From Somniosus microcephalus (lineage: Eukaryota), in assembly GCA_052327205.1 (NCBI GenBank), contig CM126223.1, forward strand, positions 23,498,001 through 23,562,000: a stretch of DNA of 64,000 nt. The letters run 5' to 3'. Below the pieces are notes generated by a model. It ran no database searches. It had not been told where the DNA came from and worked only from the letters and a program-made list of their open reading frames with translations. Positions 13,301 through 25,800 of the stretch are shown here, piece by piece (positions within the stretch are counted from its first letter, which is position 1; each line of letters begins with the position of its first letter). A program made the translations under genes and the position numbers.

Positions 13301-16300
13301 ACGTGTAGAACCGCTGCTAACACCACTGCTCAGGCTCCTTGAATTGGTGCAACTGCTGTATCCAGGAGTCATCCATGTGGACTGTAAAATTGTTGACAAG
13401 CAGGTAGTTCTTGAAATAGCAAATGCCTGGGCACAGTTAATTGCTGAATTTAATGAAGTTATGGGACATTCCCTTCCATCCTGAGAAAGAATACAGTCAT
13501 ATGTATTTAAATTCGGAAGCATCTGTATCTAAAACCAGCTGGTGGACTTGGGGCCTCTTTTAGCATAATAATCCAATTTGCATATTAATGGAAAGCTTAA
13601 AAAGTCATGCAAACAAAAGATCGATCACTTGTAGAAAAAAAAGTCTGTAAGTCATATCCAAATAGACTACCAAGGATTTATGTTGCCGAAAATGGCTTGA
13701 AAGGAAGTTCTTCAAAATTCCTGGTCCAATGTTCTAGTGATGAAATGTTTCATAAGTGTTCTCTCATTTTGTGGACAAATTTGCAAAGACAAGTCTTGAA
13801 TATAGTGGTCCTGGACTTATCTACTTCCGTATTATATACCTGAATCAAGGTGTCCTGCTTGCCCCAAAGCTTCCAGCTTGGATCAGCTCATCTGGAGAAA
13901 GTTTCCACACAGGACAATAATTTACCAAACTCAGAGATCCCACCCACCAACATAATGACAAATCCACAATCTTCAGAGGTCCTTCTTTCAGAGTTATTTA
14001 TGATTCGAGCAATACTGCAACTGACATGAAAGGCAGCGGAGGAGTAATTACTCTGCATCTGCACCTTACACTCAGTTACAGCTCTACGTTCTACCACAAG
14101 CTCAAATGTTCTATTGGCTAAAATGGTGGACGACTGCTAAAGCCATGAAGCCTGCTGTGTGACCACTTCACACCGCGGCCCGATAATACTTAAATTCCTG
14201 CTGGGCGCTGCAGTCATCCAGGGTGCCACACATGATATAAATACAAACTGGTCGTATTTAACAGCCTGTGATTTAGTGAAACGTTAGGCTGCACAGGTCA
14301 GACACATCCAGAATCTGATTTCTATAGCCTGCATTCTAGTAATTATTGCTAACAGCAACTTTACCACATCTGATGTATACAGCGCCTTCTGAGCTGGCTC
14401 AGTCAGCGCAGACAGCCGATGGAGCCTGGCGTTGTCTGCACGGTCTAGTTCCTCACTAAACCACCAGAGGCACTCAATGGAACTGATGAGGTGAAGCAGA
14501 CAATCATCATATTTACACACAACAGAATCGGGTCTGTGATGATGGCTTTCTTACCAAATGCCGATGCGGTTGCGGCTGCGCCTGCTCCTGGACTCCCAAA
14601 GTTGGATGCTGTAGCACTAGTGGTCCCAAAGGAAAAGCTGCCACTTGGAGTACTCTGTCCAAATCCAGGTGCAGTAGTCCCTGGAAGAACACACAGGAGA
14701 ATAGGCCAAGCTTTTGAATATCCACTTTATATAGAATCAGTAGCAAATACTAGAATGTCTTGGCTTTTGTGAAATAATGAGTAATTTAGAATACTACAGA
14801 TGCAAATCTTCTAGTTTACAGTCCCACAACTTCTTGCTGGTTCCTCTAGTCGATTATTCCCTCCTTCAAGAGGTCCCGCAGTGTTTTACCTACTATTGGC
14901 CAATAGTTCCTGGCATTATCCTTGTTACCTTTTATAAATTGGAGTTACATTTGCCCTTTTCCAATCCTTGGATGCTGTTTTCACTGAACTCTGAAAGCGT
15001 GACTGATTTTCATTAACCATTTCCTCAGGTACCGTGGTGTTGTCCATCTGGGCCAGGTACACGACCCCTTTTAGTGCTCTCAGCCTGCCTATTACATCCA
15101 TAATTGTCATTTCTAATATTCAGAATATTTCATTCAATATGGGTAATAATAAGAACTCGAATGCATACTAAAGTCATTCACCCAGACGTTGGCAATTAAA
15201 TGCAACTTCAGATAAAGTAATACAGAGCGATTCTATAATAGTGTGGTACAGTCCGGGAATTGATAGTAGCAGAGTCCAAGTTGTCCAAAATACATTTGGA
15301 AATTTAATTTCAAATCTACTCTCCCCTCCCCCCTACATCCTGCTTCTGCTAATCATCTAGCCATCCTGGCACAGACAAAATAGGGAACACAGCAAGGGTA
15401 AACCGACATAGACCCACATCCGCCCAATCCAAGTACAATACCACAGGGCACCAGCACACTGTCACTTCAGGTTGAAAATAAAACCATTTACATGACAAGT
15501 TGCTCAATTTTTCTGGATCAAAGTTTATCATTTTCAAAGTTATTTTCCTTATCTCAATTTTATAAACCCGACACTTCTGCAGTATAAACAGAGCGTCCAA
15601 AATACCACCACAAAACTGGAGAGGCATGGGTGCATTCTTCTGTTTAAAGGTAAAAGGAGTGCAGGTACTTCCTGCATCTTGGCTCCAACTGCCTGAATTT
15701 ATTGAGCAGAACACAGAAAACCCCACACAAATCAGGAACTGCAGCGGGTAATATGGGTGAAATATTAGGTGACAAGCCCCCTAACCCGCCCCCCCAAAAA
15801 TACTAGCCTTACTGCCAAGTAAAGCACCAAAGCGCTAAAGCAGTGAGGAACAGACACAAAACGGCATAGGTGCAAATTGACAGTCACAGAATAAAGCACA
15901 CGTGCCAGGTGCAGACTCTTTCTCAAAACCAAGCCAAAGTAAAACTTACCACAAATTCACAGATTTAATGCAATAAACCATTTCTGAAAGGTCAATGTTT
16001 AACTTAAAAAAAAAAAAACACTTCACTCCCATTTCCTGAAGGTGCCGACCCCTGTTGCTACATATGTGCATGAAGTTCCAGTGTCTGCATGGAAGAGCCA
16101 CCGTATAATGCATGATGATGTGTTGTTCATCAGTCCCCGGGTGCTGTAAGCTTGCTAACAGTAAATGTCTGTCGGAAGCTTGGACAAGCATAGTTTACAG
16201 CAAAATTTCTTCATCCTAAATTTAGTTTTGTTTATATAGGTAGATAGTTTGTAGCAGCAACTATACTGTAGATGTACAAACCAAAAAACATTTGATTTAT

Positions 16301-19300
16301 TGATTTTAAAAATCAGTTTAGAATCATAGAAACTTGCAGCACAGGAGGTCATTCCAGTTTACAGCATCTTCTCCAGCAGCCATGTGGTGCATTGTCCATT
16401 TGACTGGGTACACAGTGCTTCCTACTGCACAAATGCAGTGCAGTGTGCGCTGGACCTCGATCAAGTGTGGAATAAATTCCACAAAATTAAACCGAGGGTT
16501 CTTGTCTCAACACGGTGCTCATTAAAACCAAATCGGTGCTTCCACACGGGTGACAGATTCATTCAGGTAAAGGTCAGAACTGTTCTGTCCTGCCCTGGGC
16601 AAATGTATTTTTGGCTGGATTTACTTTTCCCCCTCAAATGAGAAATCTGTCTTTACAGAGCAGAACAGGCCAGCATCGGAAATGTGATTTTTCTTCCTCG
16701 TACAGTTGAGTAGTTGAAATTTTCATAATATGCCTGTTTGAAATGTGTCAAACATCCATCATTAGAAGTGTAGACTTTGTTCCATATTTAGGTTCTACCG
16801 AGAGCAAGGCGTAAAATACGCTGGAGATGGTAGTGGTGGGTGCAATTTGAGGTGATGAATTAAGATGTTCACACAACAAGTGCATAGTATACTAAATGTA
16901 CTGGCATGTGAACTTTTTCTAAACAAACTAAATATTATATTAAATAACTGGTTATTAAAATGGGGCAGGCAACAACCGTCTGTACTTGTGCAGATTGTGC
17001 ATATGCAGCGTTTGAATTTTTTTTCTAACCTCTTTGCCCTGTCTCCCTCTGCCAGACACCACACCCAGGTATGCAAGTGGGTTGCTCCCAAGTTTGGCTG
17101 TTGCACTCTAACTGGAAGTACGCGTGAGTGACCGAGGCTACCCAACAAGCTAATTTTCACACTCCGTAAGGAAAATACCCAGTTGAAATCCTCATCAGCA
17201 AAGACTTGCAATTCACTGGGTGTGGAATATTGGGTGTAAACCCTTCTACCACATGATTAAACAGAGCTTGAGTTTTTTACACCAATCTTACACAATCATA
17301 CTTCAACAAACTGCACCCCGCAGAATTTTGAATCTTGCGTGTAATCATTCGCAATCTGTGATCCACTATGCAGTAAACAGATCAGACTTTACAGCCTGTA
17401 TGAACAAAATTGTTAGAGTGCAAAGCCTGGAACTGCAGTCAGGTTGCACTACATTAAGGTAAGATTCAAATGTCTGTTCATTCTACTGCAGTAAGACCTG
17501 CGCGAGTGGTTCTGGCTCGCCAAACCTACTTCTCATACACAAGCTTCAATCACAAAATAAACTTACTGGAATGTCTTGGCTGCCAGTTTTAACATATCCA
17601 GCAAGTTTACTTATAGATTTTAACCAGCTGCATGAAATGCAGGCAGCAGGACTGGCACCACGAGCACAGGTCTCAGTACAACATAAAAGCAGCTTTTGTT
17701 AAGACAACGTCCATTTAATGTGAACTAGCCTCAAGGACTCCTTTTAAAGAAGGTTAACCACCCAAAACATGAACCTGGCTTTTTCTCTCAAATGCTGGCA
17801 GGTCTGTTGGCTTCTTTCCAGCAATTGGAGGAAAGCAAGAGATAGAGCGAGCCGAGCCGCCAAGTAACTAGCCTTTTAGATTTTCAATCACAATGGGGTC
17901 ATTTCAAATCACAATTGAGGGTCAATTGATTTGGATTGGTCTCGAAAAAGCAAGTTCAGGCACAATAGGCCAATTAGCCTCCTTCTGTACTGTAAACATC
18001 TTGGCTCTATTTTGTCATTCCAAACTTGGGCTGTGTTTGGAAAAAGCATTTTAAGCTGTACAGGTGTTTCCAGATCGACCACAAGTGGTAGTAGGGGAAC
18101 CAGATGTGGTGATATATCAGCAAATCAGTGATCTGCACTGGGTTCAGTCTGAATTTCTTAACATCCCAGCAATACAATGCTAAATACGCCATTACTGGAA
18201 AGGGCTCAAATATTCCCCGTGCCGATCACCCTTCGCTCCACTGCCTGCACGAAATCCTGAAAGCCGGGATGGCCGTTGAGAAGGTCAAATGCAAAGAGAT
18301 GGCAATTCAGTCATGATTTGTCTGATGTAAAGAGTTAGCACTTGTGGGAAGTGCCTGCATGGAGAAAATACTAACATTCAATAGACTACCCGAGGAAGGA
18401 GACCATGCAAAAGGTACATCACACTTTTGAAAAATGTTGTTCTTGGGATGTGGGCGACACTGCAAGGTTGCATTTACTGCTCATCTCCAGTTGCCCTGAG
18501 GTGATAATGGTGGTGAGTTCTTTTCCTCAAACTGCTGCAGTAGTTGTGGTGATGGGTTCTCTTGCCCCAGTGATAACAAAGGAACAATGATAAATGACCA
18601 AGTCGAGATGGCGTGTGACTTAGAAGTGATGGCACTGCCATTGCTTCTCCTCTTCTTGTTGGTAGGTGCTATTGAAGTAGACGGTTGAATTGCTAAATGC
18701 ATCCTATACATCCTTCAGCCACAGTGCGCTGGTGGAGGAGTGGATAGACATTGAGACAAGTGGTAGGAGCTCCGAGCAAGCAGGCTGCTCGGTCCTGTAT
18801 GGTGTCGAGCGTCGAGTGCTTTCTGAACCTGTATCCATCAAAGCAAGTGTTAAGTATTCCATTACACTGCACCTTTATCGACAAATGACAGATCAGGAGA
18901 TGAGCCACTTGCCAGAATACCCAGCCTGAGCTGGTCCAGTTAAGCTTCTCGTCAATGGTGACCCCCTTGATGTTGATGGTGGGGGACTCAGCGATAGTGT
19001 CGCCACTGAAGGGGGTTGGGCCTTTTCTTGTTAGAGATTATTACTGTCCGAAACATATGCCTCAATGTCACGTGTCAGCCTAAACGGAGACGTTGTCCAA
19101 GTCCTACTGTAGGCAGACATGGACTGCTTTGTTATTGAAGCTGCGAATTTGGCTCAATGCTACAGAAACATCCATAAACATCCTCACTCATAACCTGCTT
19201 CCTCAGTCACCTCTGACATAAGGTCAAGATGGTTGGGCTGAGGACGCTGTTCTGAGGAACTCCAGCAGCGATGTCCTGCGCCTTCAGTAATTTTAAGAAG

Positions 19301-19845
19301 TTTCCTGTGTTCAGGTAGGACTGCAGCCACTGGAGGGTTATCCTACTGCCCTCAGTTTTGCTAGGGATCCTTGAAGCTATACTCGGTCAGGTGCTACCTT
19401 GATGATGTGGGCTGTTGCATTCAGGAAGCGATAACATCTCCTCACTCTGGATTTTTAGACATCCTTGCTAGGTTGTAAAAGAAAACTGGGTACATGCCCC
19501 AACGAGTCTCGAGATGGATATTATGCTAAAAACTACTAGAGTTACCATGATGATCCAGCAAGAAAAGGTAGTGCACATTCTATTTCCCTGAAAAAAGTCC
19601 AGCTCAATATAGAAATACATACAATTAAAAATTCTTCCTCATTCCAACAGGTTACACATGGAATATTTGGGCACATAAATACCAGCTGCCTAGACGGAAT
19701 TATCGAGTGTGTCAGGGGAGAGAAGAAGAATACAACTACAGGAAATTTTGGTTTATCCGGAGGTTGTATGTCCGGAAACCTCGATCTAACGGCAGAAATC
19801 AGCAGCCGTTTTGTTAGGTTTTTTTTCTTTTTTATTCTTCTCCTA

Positions 19846-19879
<34 letters not shown>

Positions 19880-22800
19880 AGTCAGTCTCTGGAAAGCCTC
19901 TCTGAAGCTGTTGCTAAGCTACAAAGACGCTTCCAAGGTACGGGCTGACTGTTTACAAGCTGTTGCTAAGCAACACAGTGTTTGTTGTCAGATACGGAGA
20001 TGAAAACCTCCGTATCCTTCAACATTAGCGCTGGTCTGTCCGGAAGTTTTCATAGATCGGCATCACGCCGGTACCGGATATCGCGAAGTTTCCTGTATAT
20101 TGCAACTAATGTCAACTGTTACTCATAGCATTTTGCGGTACAATGGTCATCTAAATTGATGCATTACTATAAATGAAAGAATGTTGTTTTATCTTCATAT
20201 ATTAAGATCAATTCTTTGTCAAGTCCATACATTGCTCCCATTTCCTGGTTGAATCTGCTACCTGTGTTAAGTGAAAGGTAACAATCGAAGCAGCAGCTAA
20301 GGTTATTAACTGCATCTTCTACAGAAACACATTTGTGCCATTTCTGTTAAGCAGCTAGACTTGCTGGAGCAAAGAGCAGAGACAGCAGAATCAAGTCAAA
20401 AATTATCTTCCGAAGCAGACATTTATTTTTTACGTGTCTGCCATTGCTACTGGTAGAAAGCAGCCAGTAGTGAGCAGCCAAAGCTTACAGAACACTGCAG
20501 CATCACATTAACTTACCAGTCCCAAAATTCAAACTGGGAGTTCCAAAGTTGAACCCTAGTGGAAAAAAAATGGTGACCGTCACCAGCAACAATTATTGAT
20601 GGTTAAAAGTTTGGTTAGAACAAAAAATGCAGTTACACTTCACACACTGTGTTCACACAATCCCAGCTAGACACTCACTGGCCTGAACACCATTTTTGAG
20701 GGCTCATCTACAGTGACTCAGCTTTCTACACTGGAGCTGGAGTTATGTCGGGATGTATTTTAGTTAAATTTGCAGATGGTACAAAAACTAAGAGGGATGG
20801 GTGATTCTGAGAAGGCAGCTTGGGAAATGCAAAATTAGACAAAAGATGTAACTGGATGAAACAAACAGATTAAATTTAGTGCCGACGAGTGCAAAGTGCT
20901 GCACGAAGAAAGAAAAGTGCACAACATGTGAACTCCATCAATAGTGTCAAAATAGCCGAGGATAAAGCTGAAGGAGATCTGAGCCCTGACGATCCATCCA
21001 ACCACTAAACAGGATAGAAACAGAACAAAGAATTCTGAACTATACAGCCGAGTACAACTTAGAGGAAGTCATGCTTATACTAGCTCTGGTCAGAGGCACA
21101 AGAGAGGCATTCAAATGTTGATGGTCGTGCAGAGAAAAGATCGCTAGTGTCAAGAGGTCAGTTATGAAGACAGACTAGAGAAACTTGGGCTTTTCAGTCT
21201 AAAAGGAGGGGACTGAGGAAGAATCCAAAGAGTTATGTAAAACAGTCAAATATATGAAACAGGTCGATCCTGAAAACTGTTATAAAATTTAATTGAGTGT
21301 GCAAGACAAGGGAGCATGGCTTCACACGTAAAAAGCAAAATTAGGACCAACGGGGTGATCTTTTCTACACTAAAAATGCTGAGTAGTGGGGCGGGTGGTG
21401 AGGGCAGAAGAAGACAGCAACAGAAGGGTCTTTCTCGATGGACGAATTAAGATGGGTTAGAGTCCCTACTCATCTTTAACGCTGTGTTCTTAAGCACAAA
21501 TGTAGCTAATTTACAATCACAACATTGCATTGCCAAAACTTGATACTACAAAGAGCACGAGAGTTTTTTTTTATATTCAAAATGTTCAGGCAGGATCATC
21601 ATATTTTTGTTTGGATGGAGTAAAACTGCTTTAAAAATCCGGATCCTGTAAAATTCTGCCCGGTTATTAACATCAAATGTGCAAGACTCATATATTGGGA
21701 GCTGGCAGTGCTAAGCTCAATAAAAGCACTTGAAGCGTACGCACAGGAGTTCAATGGATAACTTAAGAATACAGCTCCTCATAAACTCCAACAGCAGAGG
21801 TAATCTTTGAGCAATACAGACCAAAGTCTCAGGATCAACCGATAGCCTGTGCGGAGTCACCGGATCGAAACTGGGCCAGCAGTAGGGACACTTTAATTGG
21901 TCACAATGTAATGTCCTCCCCATTTTCAGTTGAGACTTGCACAAGAATAATGGCAACTTGGGCAACCAGCACCTTGGATCTGTGGCGAGGGACCCGATGT
22001 GTTTAGGAGAGGATGGGAGGAAAAGAAACGATTTCCTAGTGAAATACTAACATCTTCATTTTGTTCCCTGGTCCAGAAACAATGTATCCCATTGGCACAA
22101 GTAACATTCGTGCTAACAAAATAGAAAATCTACAGGCCAAAATCAATCGGTACGTTAAAATAACTGAATTAAAGAATGTTCCTGGATTTAATACTTAAAA
22201 CTTCTACTTCCACAGAATAGAGTGGCTCAGTAACAGTGGGCTCCGACTGCTTTCCCTCAAGCCCAAGTTTCAACTTAGGAACCCCTACATTTCATACTCA
22301 AAGTAACAGGCCTCACTCACACAGAATTGCCCCAAAACCAAAGAAAGGTTTCTTCTGAGAAGACCTAACCTTTTAAATAAAACGTAATGTTTTTGAGATC
22401 GAGTAGGTTTAGAAACGCCCCTACATAGTAGAGAAGTCGCAACAGAATTCATAACAGAGCTGGATAAATAGAGCTGTGTTTAGCCTGGCATTAAGCAACA
22501 TTGACGATTAGCCAACCAATGTTTTTGTGAGCAAGGCACTGCCAGGTATAAAGACCAGGAAGTGGTCAGATTTGAAGCACGGTCAGTGCGCGTGTGAACA
22601 GGACTTGGTGAGGGTTCGGTTATGGGCCGCAGCATCAGAAGAAATTTGGTCATTATGGTGGTTAACGAGGAATAATTAATTAGTCTGGACTTAGAATCAG
22701 ATTAAGTTCAACTCAGAAACTGGGTCATTCATCCCAATTCACCTGCGCTAGTGATTAAAACAAAGTCATACGCACCAAATAGATTAACATAATAAACCGA

Positions 22801-25800
22801 GGCCCAATCTACTCGTTCAGATGGACATAAAAGGTCATATGACACTTTTTCCAAAGAGTAGCACGGAATTCTCTTGATGTCCTGGCCAATATTCCTCTCA
22901 CAAACACTACTAAATCAAATTAACTGATTATTCATCTCTCTGCTGTTTGTGGGATTTTGCTGCGTGCAAGTTGCCTACATTTCAGAAGTAATTCTTTTGT
23001 CGTGACTCACTTTGGGACGTTTTGAGCACATGGCAGGCACTATGGAACCGTGCCCCAGCAGAATCTAACACCTTTTCAAGAGGAAAAGGGAGAAAACTGG
23101 CAACAAAGCTACAAGAATCTGCCACGGAAACACAGTCTCAAACCAGTTTCGACCGTGGACACACTCGACATCACAAAACAGGTGTGAAGAATGGAAAACT
23201 CACACTGGTGTAATGGGGTAGCTAATTAGAGGTTAGAGCCGAGGCAGTCAGTCGTGGAACAGTAGCTAACTTTATTCTGCATCTTGCTGCGCCGTGCCTA
23301 CAATTGGAGTGCCTTACTGCCCAAAAGCAGAAAATTCTACCAGTCCCCATCACCGGTAGCCCTCATTTTGGAGGAACACAAAACACCAGAGTGCAAAATA
23401 GCAAATTCAATTAAACTAAGCCAGACGTTTGTAAGGGAGTACGGCCAGACGTGGTAAACTACAAACCAATCTGTAGGGCCCAGCTGTAGTTCCTGTCCAT
23501 CTATAAAAGCAATTATCAGTTAATGTAACGAGGAACAAAATAAGTCCACAGGAACTTCTGTTAAGAGGGATTATTACATATGTGCAGCAAAATCCATCAA
23601 CTTTCTAAATATCAGAAGGCTAGGAATAAAGGCTCACTCACCTCCAAAGGCAGGCTTGTTTTCGACTGTGTTTGCAGCTCCAAAGTTGAACTGTGGAGTG
23701 CTCTGGTTTTGCGGGCCTTGGTTAGTCAATGATGAACCAAACATATTTTGAGATGATGACGTTGAGGTGGAAGTGGCAAACGGGACGGAAGGGTTTGAAG
23801 AGCAAAATCCACTCTGACCTGAACCAAAGAAGCCAGCTGTAGCCATATTTGGATTGGAGGCAGCCATATTGAAACCGCTGGTTGTTACAACTGGCTGGTT
23901 TGATGAACCAAAGCCAACCGCTTGTGAAGAGCCAAAGATCGACCCTGTTGTACCGCTACCCGAACTCTTGGTAGCATTGAACATTGAGGCAGCGGTGGAA
24001 GGGGTGGCTGTACCGAATGAGAAACCCGCCGAGGTGCTGCCAAAAGCCGGTTGTGTAGAAGTCGATCCAAATCCAGTCTGAGCCGTAGCACCGCCGAACA
24101 CTGGTTGGCTGGGGGTTCCAAACGTAGACTGCGAAGTGGTACTCGGAAAGGCTGACTTGGCAGTAGAAGCTCCAAAGTTGAAGGGAGTAGCAGCGTTGCC
24201 AAAGGCAGGGGCTTTACTTGGGGTTTGTTGGGTTGCTGCAGCATTAGCCCCGAACGATGATTGACTGCCTGTGCCTCCAAAGTTGAGCTGGGCTGTCGGG
24301 CCCCCAAAAGGTGGTGTGCTTGTGGCATTACCAAACAGGGAGGTTTTTGCCGAGTTGCCAAACGCAAGAGTGATCTGGCCACTTGAAGTAGTAGAAGGGG
24401 TTGAGACCGCAGGGCCAAAACTCCCAAATAAATTTGAAGTGGGTGCAATGCTTGTTGACGCCTGGCTTGTGGCCACTGCTGCCTGTCCAAAGGCAGGGGC
24501 CAGTGGGCCAGCTGATGTTGCAGCTGCATCTGCACAGGCCTTCCCAAATTGGAACACAGCACTGGGTGCAGCAGTGGTGTTTGTTGAAGGGTTTGAACCA
24601 AACTGAAACGGTTGCTGGGCCGATAGGCTGTTGTTTGCAGTAGGTGTTGCATTCTGCTTTGAAGAAACAGCAACATTTAAGCCAAAACTAAATGGGGCTT
24701 TTGAGCCCTTCACTTCTGAATCAATGTTTGAACTCGCTAACGTATTGGAGGCAGCAAATGGGAACAGAGTTGAACTGGATTTTGTAGAAGTTGTGAGAAC
24801 AGTAGTTTCGTTATTAGTTGCTGCTTGAGTTGACTGGCCAAATGTGAAAGGTGCCGATGTGGTGGTCGAAGTTGTCGGTGTCGTGGAGTTCCCAAACACG
24901 GGTTTGAATGCAATGGTTGAGGTAGCAGAGCTTGACGTTACCGGTGCTACCAAGCTTACGGCTGCAGTAACTGGCAGCCCCGAGCTCAATGCGGTTGATA
25001 CCATAGTGGTCTGGTGTGCCACTGGCAGACCAAACACTGGCTTAAACTCAGGTGTGCCGACAGATGAAGGAGCTGTGGCACCAATGGCTGTTGGGATTAC
25101 GGTCACTGTGCTCGGCAGGCTAAAGCTTGAGCTTGGAGGTGCAGAACTCCCAGTACACACAGCTACACTCATTTCAGGCCCTTTGTCAACAACTTTACTT
25201 TCTTGTGCACTAACTAGAGCAGAAACCTGGCATGAGTTGGTGGTGGTGGTGATGGCTTTGGTAGCAGGTTTATTGATTGGAGTTATGAGAGACTGGGTGA
25301 TCGAGGGACATGAAAAGTTCAAAACATCAATTGGCTTAAACCCTGCAATGTCAGTTGTCATCGTCATAGGAGTAGTAGGAGTAGGCAATACATCACTCTT
25401 GAAAGCTTTAATGGAAGGTTCTGAAGCTTTAATCAGGTTGTTTGAAGTCACTCCATCAACAGAATCTGGGAAGGGAAAAAGAAAGAGTGTTGATATCATT
25501 AAAAAGTCACTTAAGCAATCAAGGGTTTAAAAACTGAAAAGGATGCCTGCAATTACTAACATGCACCCTTCTTTCGATATAAATATCCCGCTCCATCTGT
25601 TAAAAGTACTATTCCATTTTGTTTTCACAGACAGCTCAAAACAAAATTAAAAAGTTGTTTTCTTAAGTGCATCCTCTGGGTTAGGCTATTGTCCCAAGTA
25701 GAGATTGGGCAGTGAGTCAATTCCAACACGTAATGGGTGTGGAGTCGGACGCCACTGAATTCCTGAAGGGATCTGCAAAAGACCTAAATCTGTATCACTT

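Noticed and set aside
23854-25530. Plus-strand and alternative-frame ORFs of up to 263 aa over the FG exon
   Set aside because: Shadow frames of the low-complexity POM121 exon, with no independent motifs
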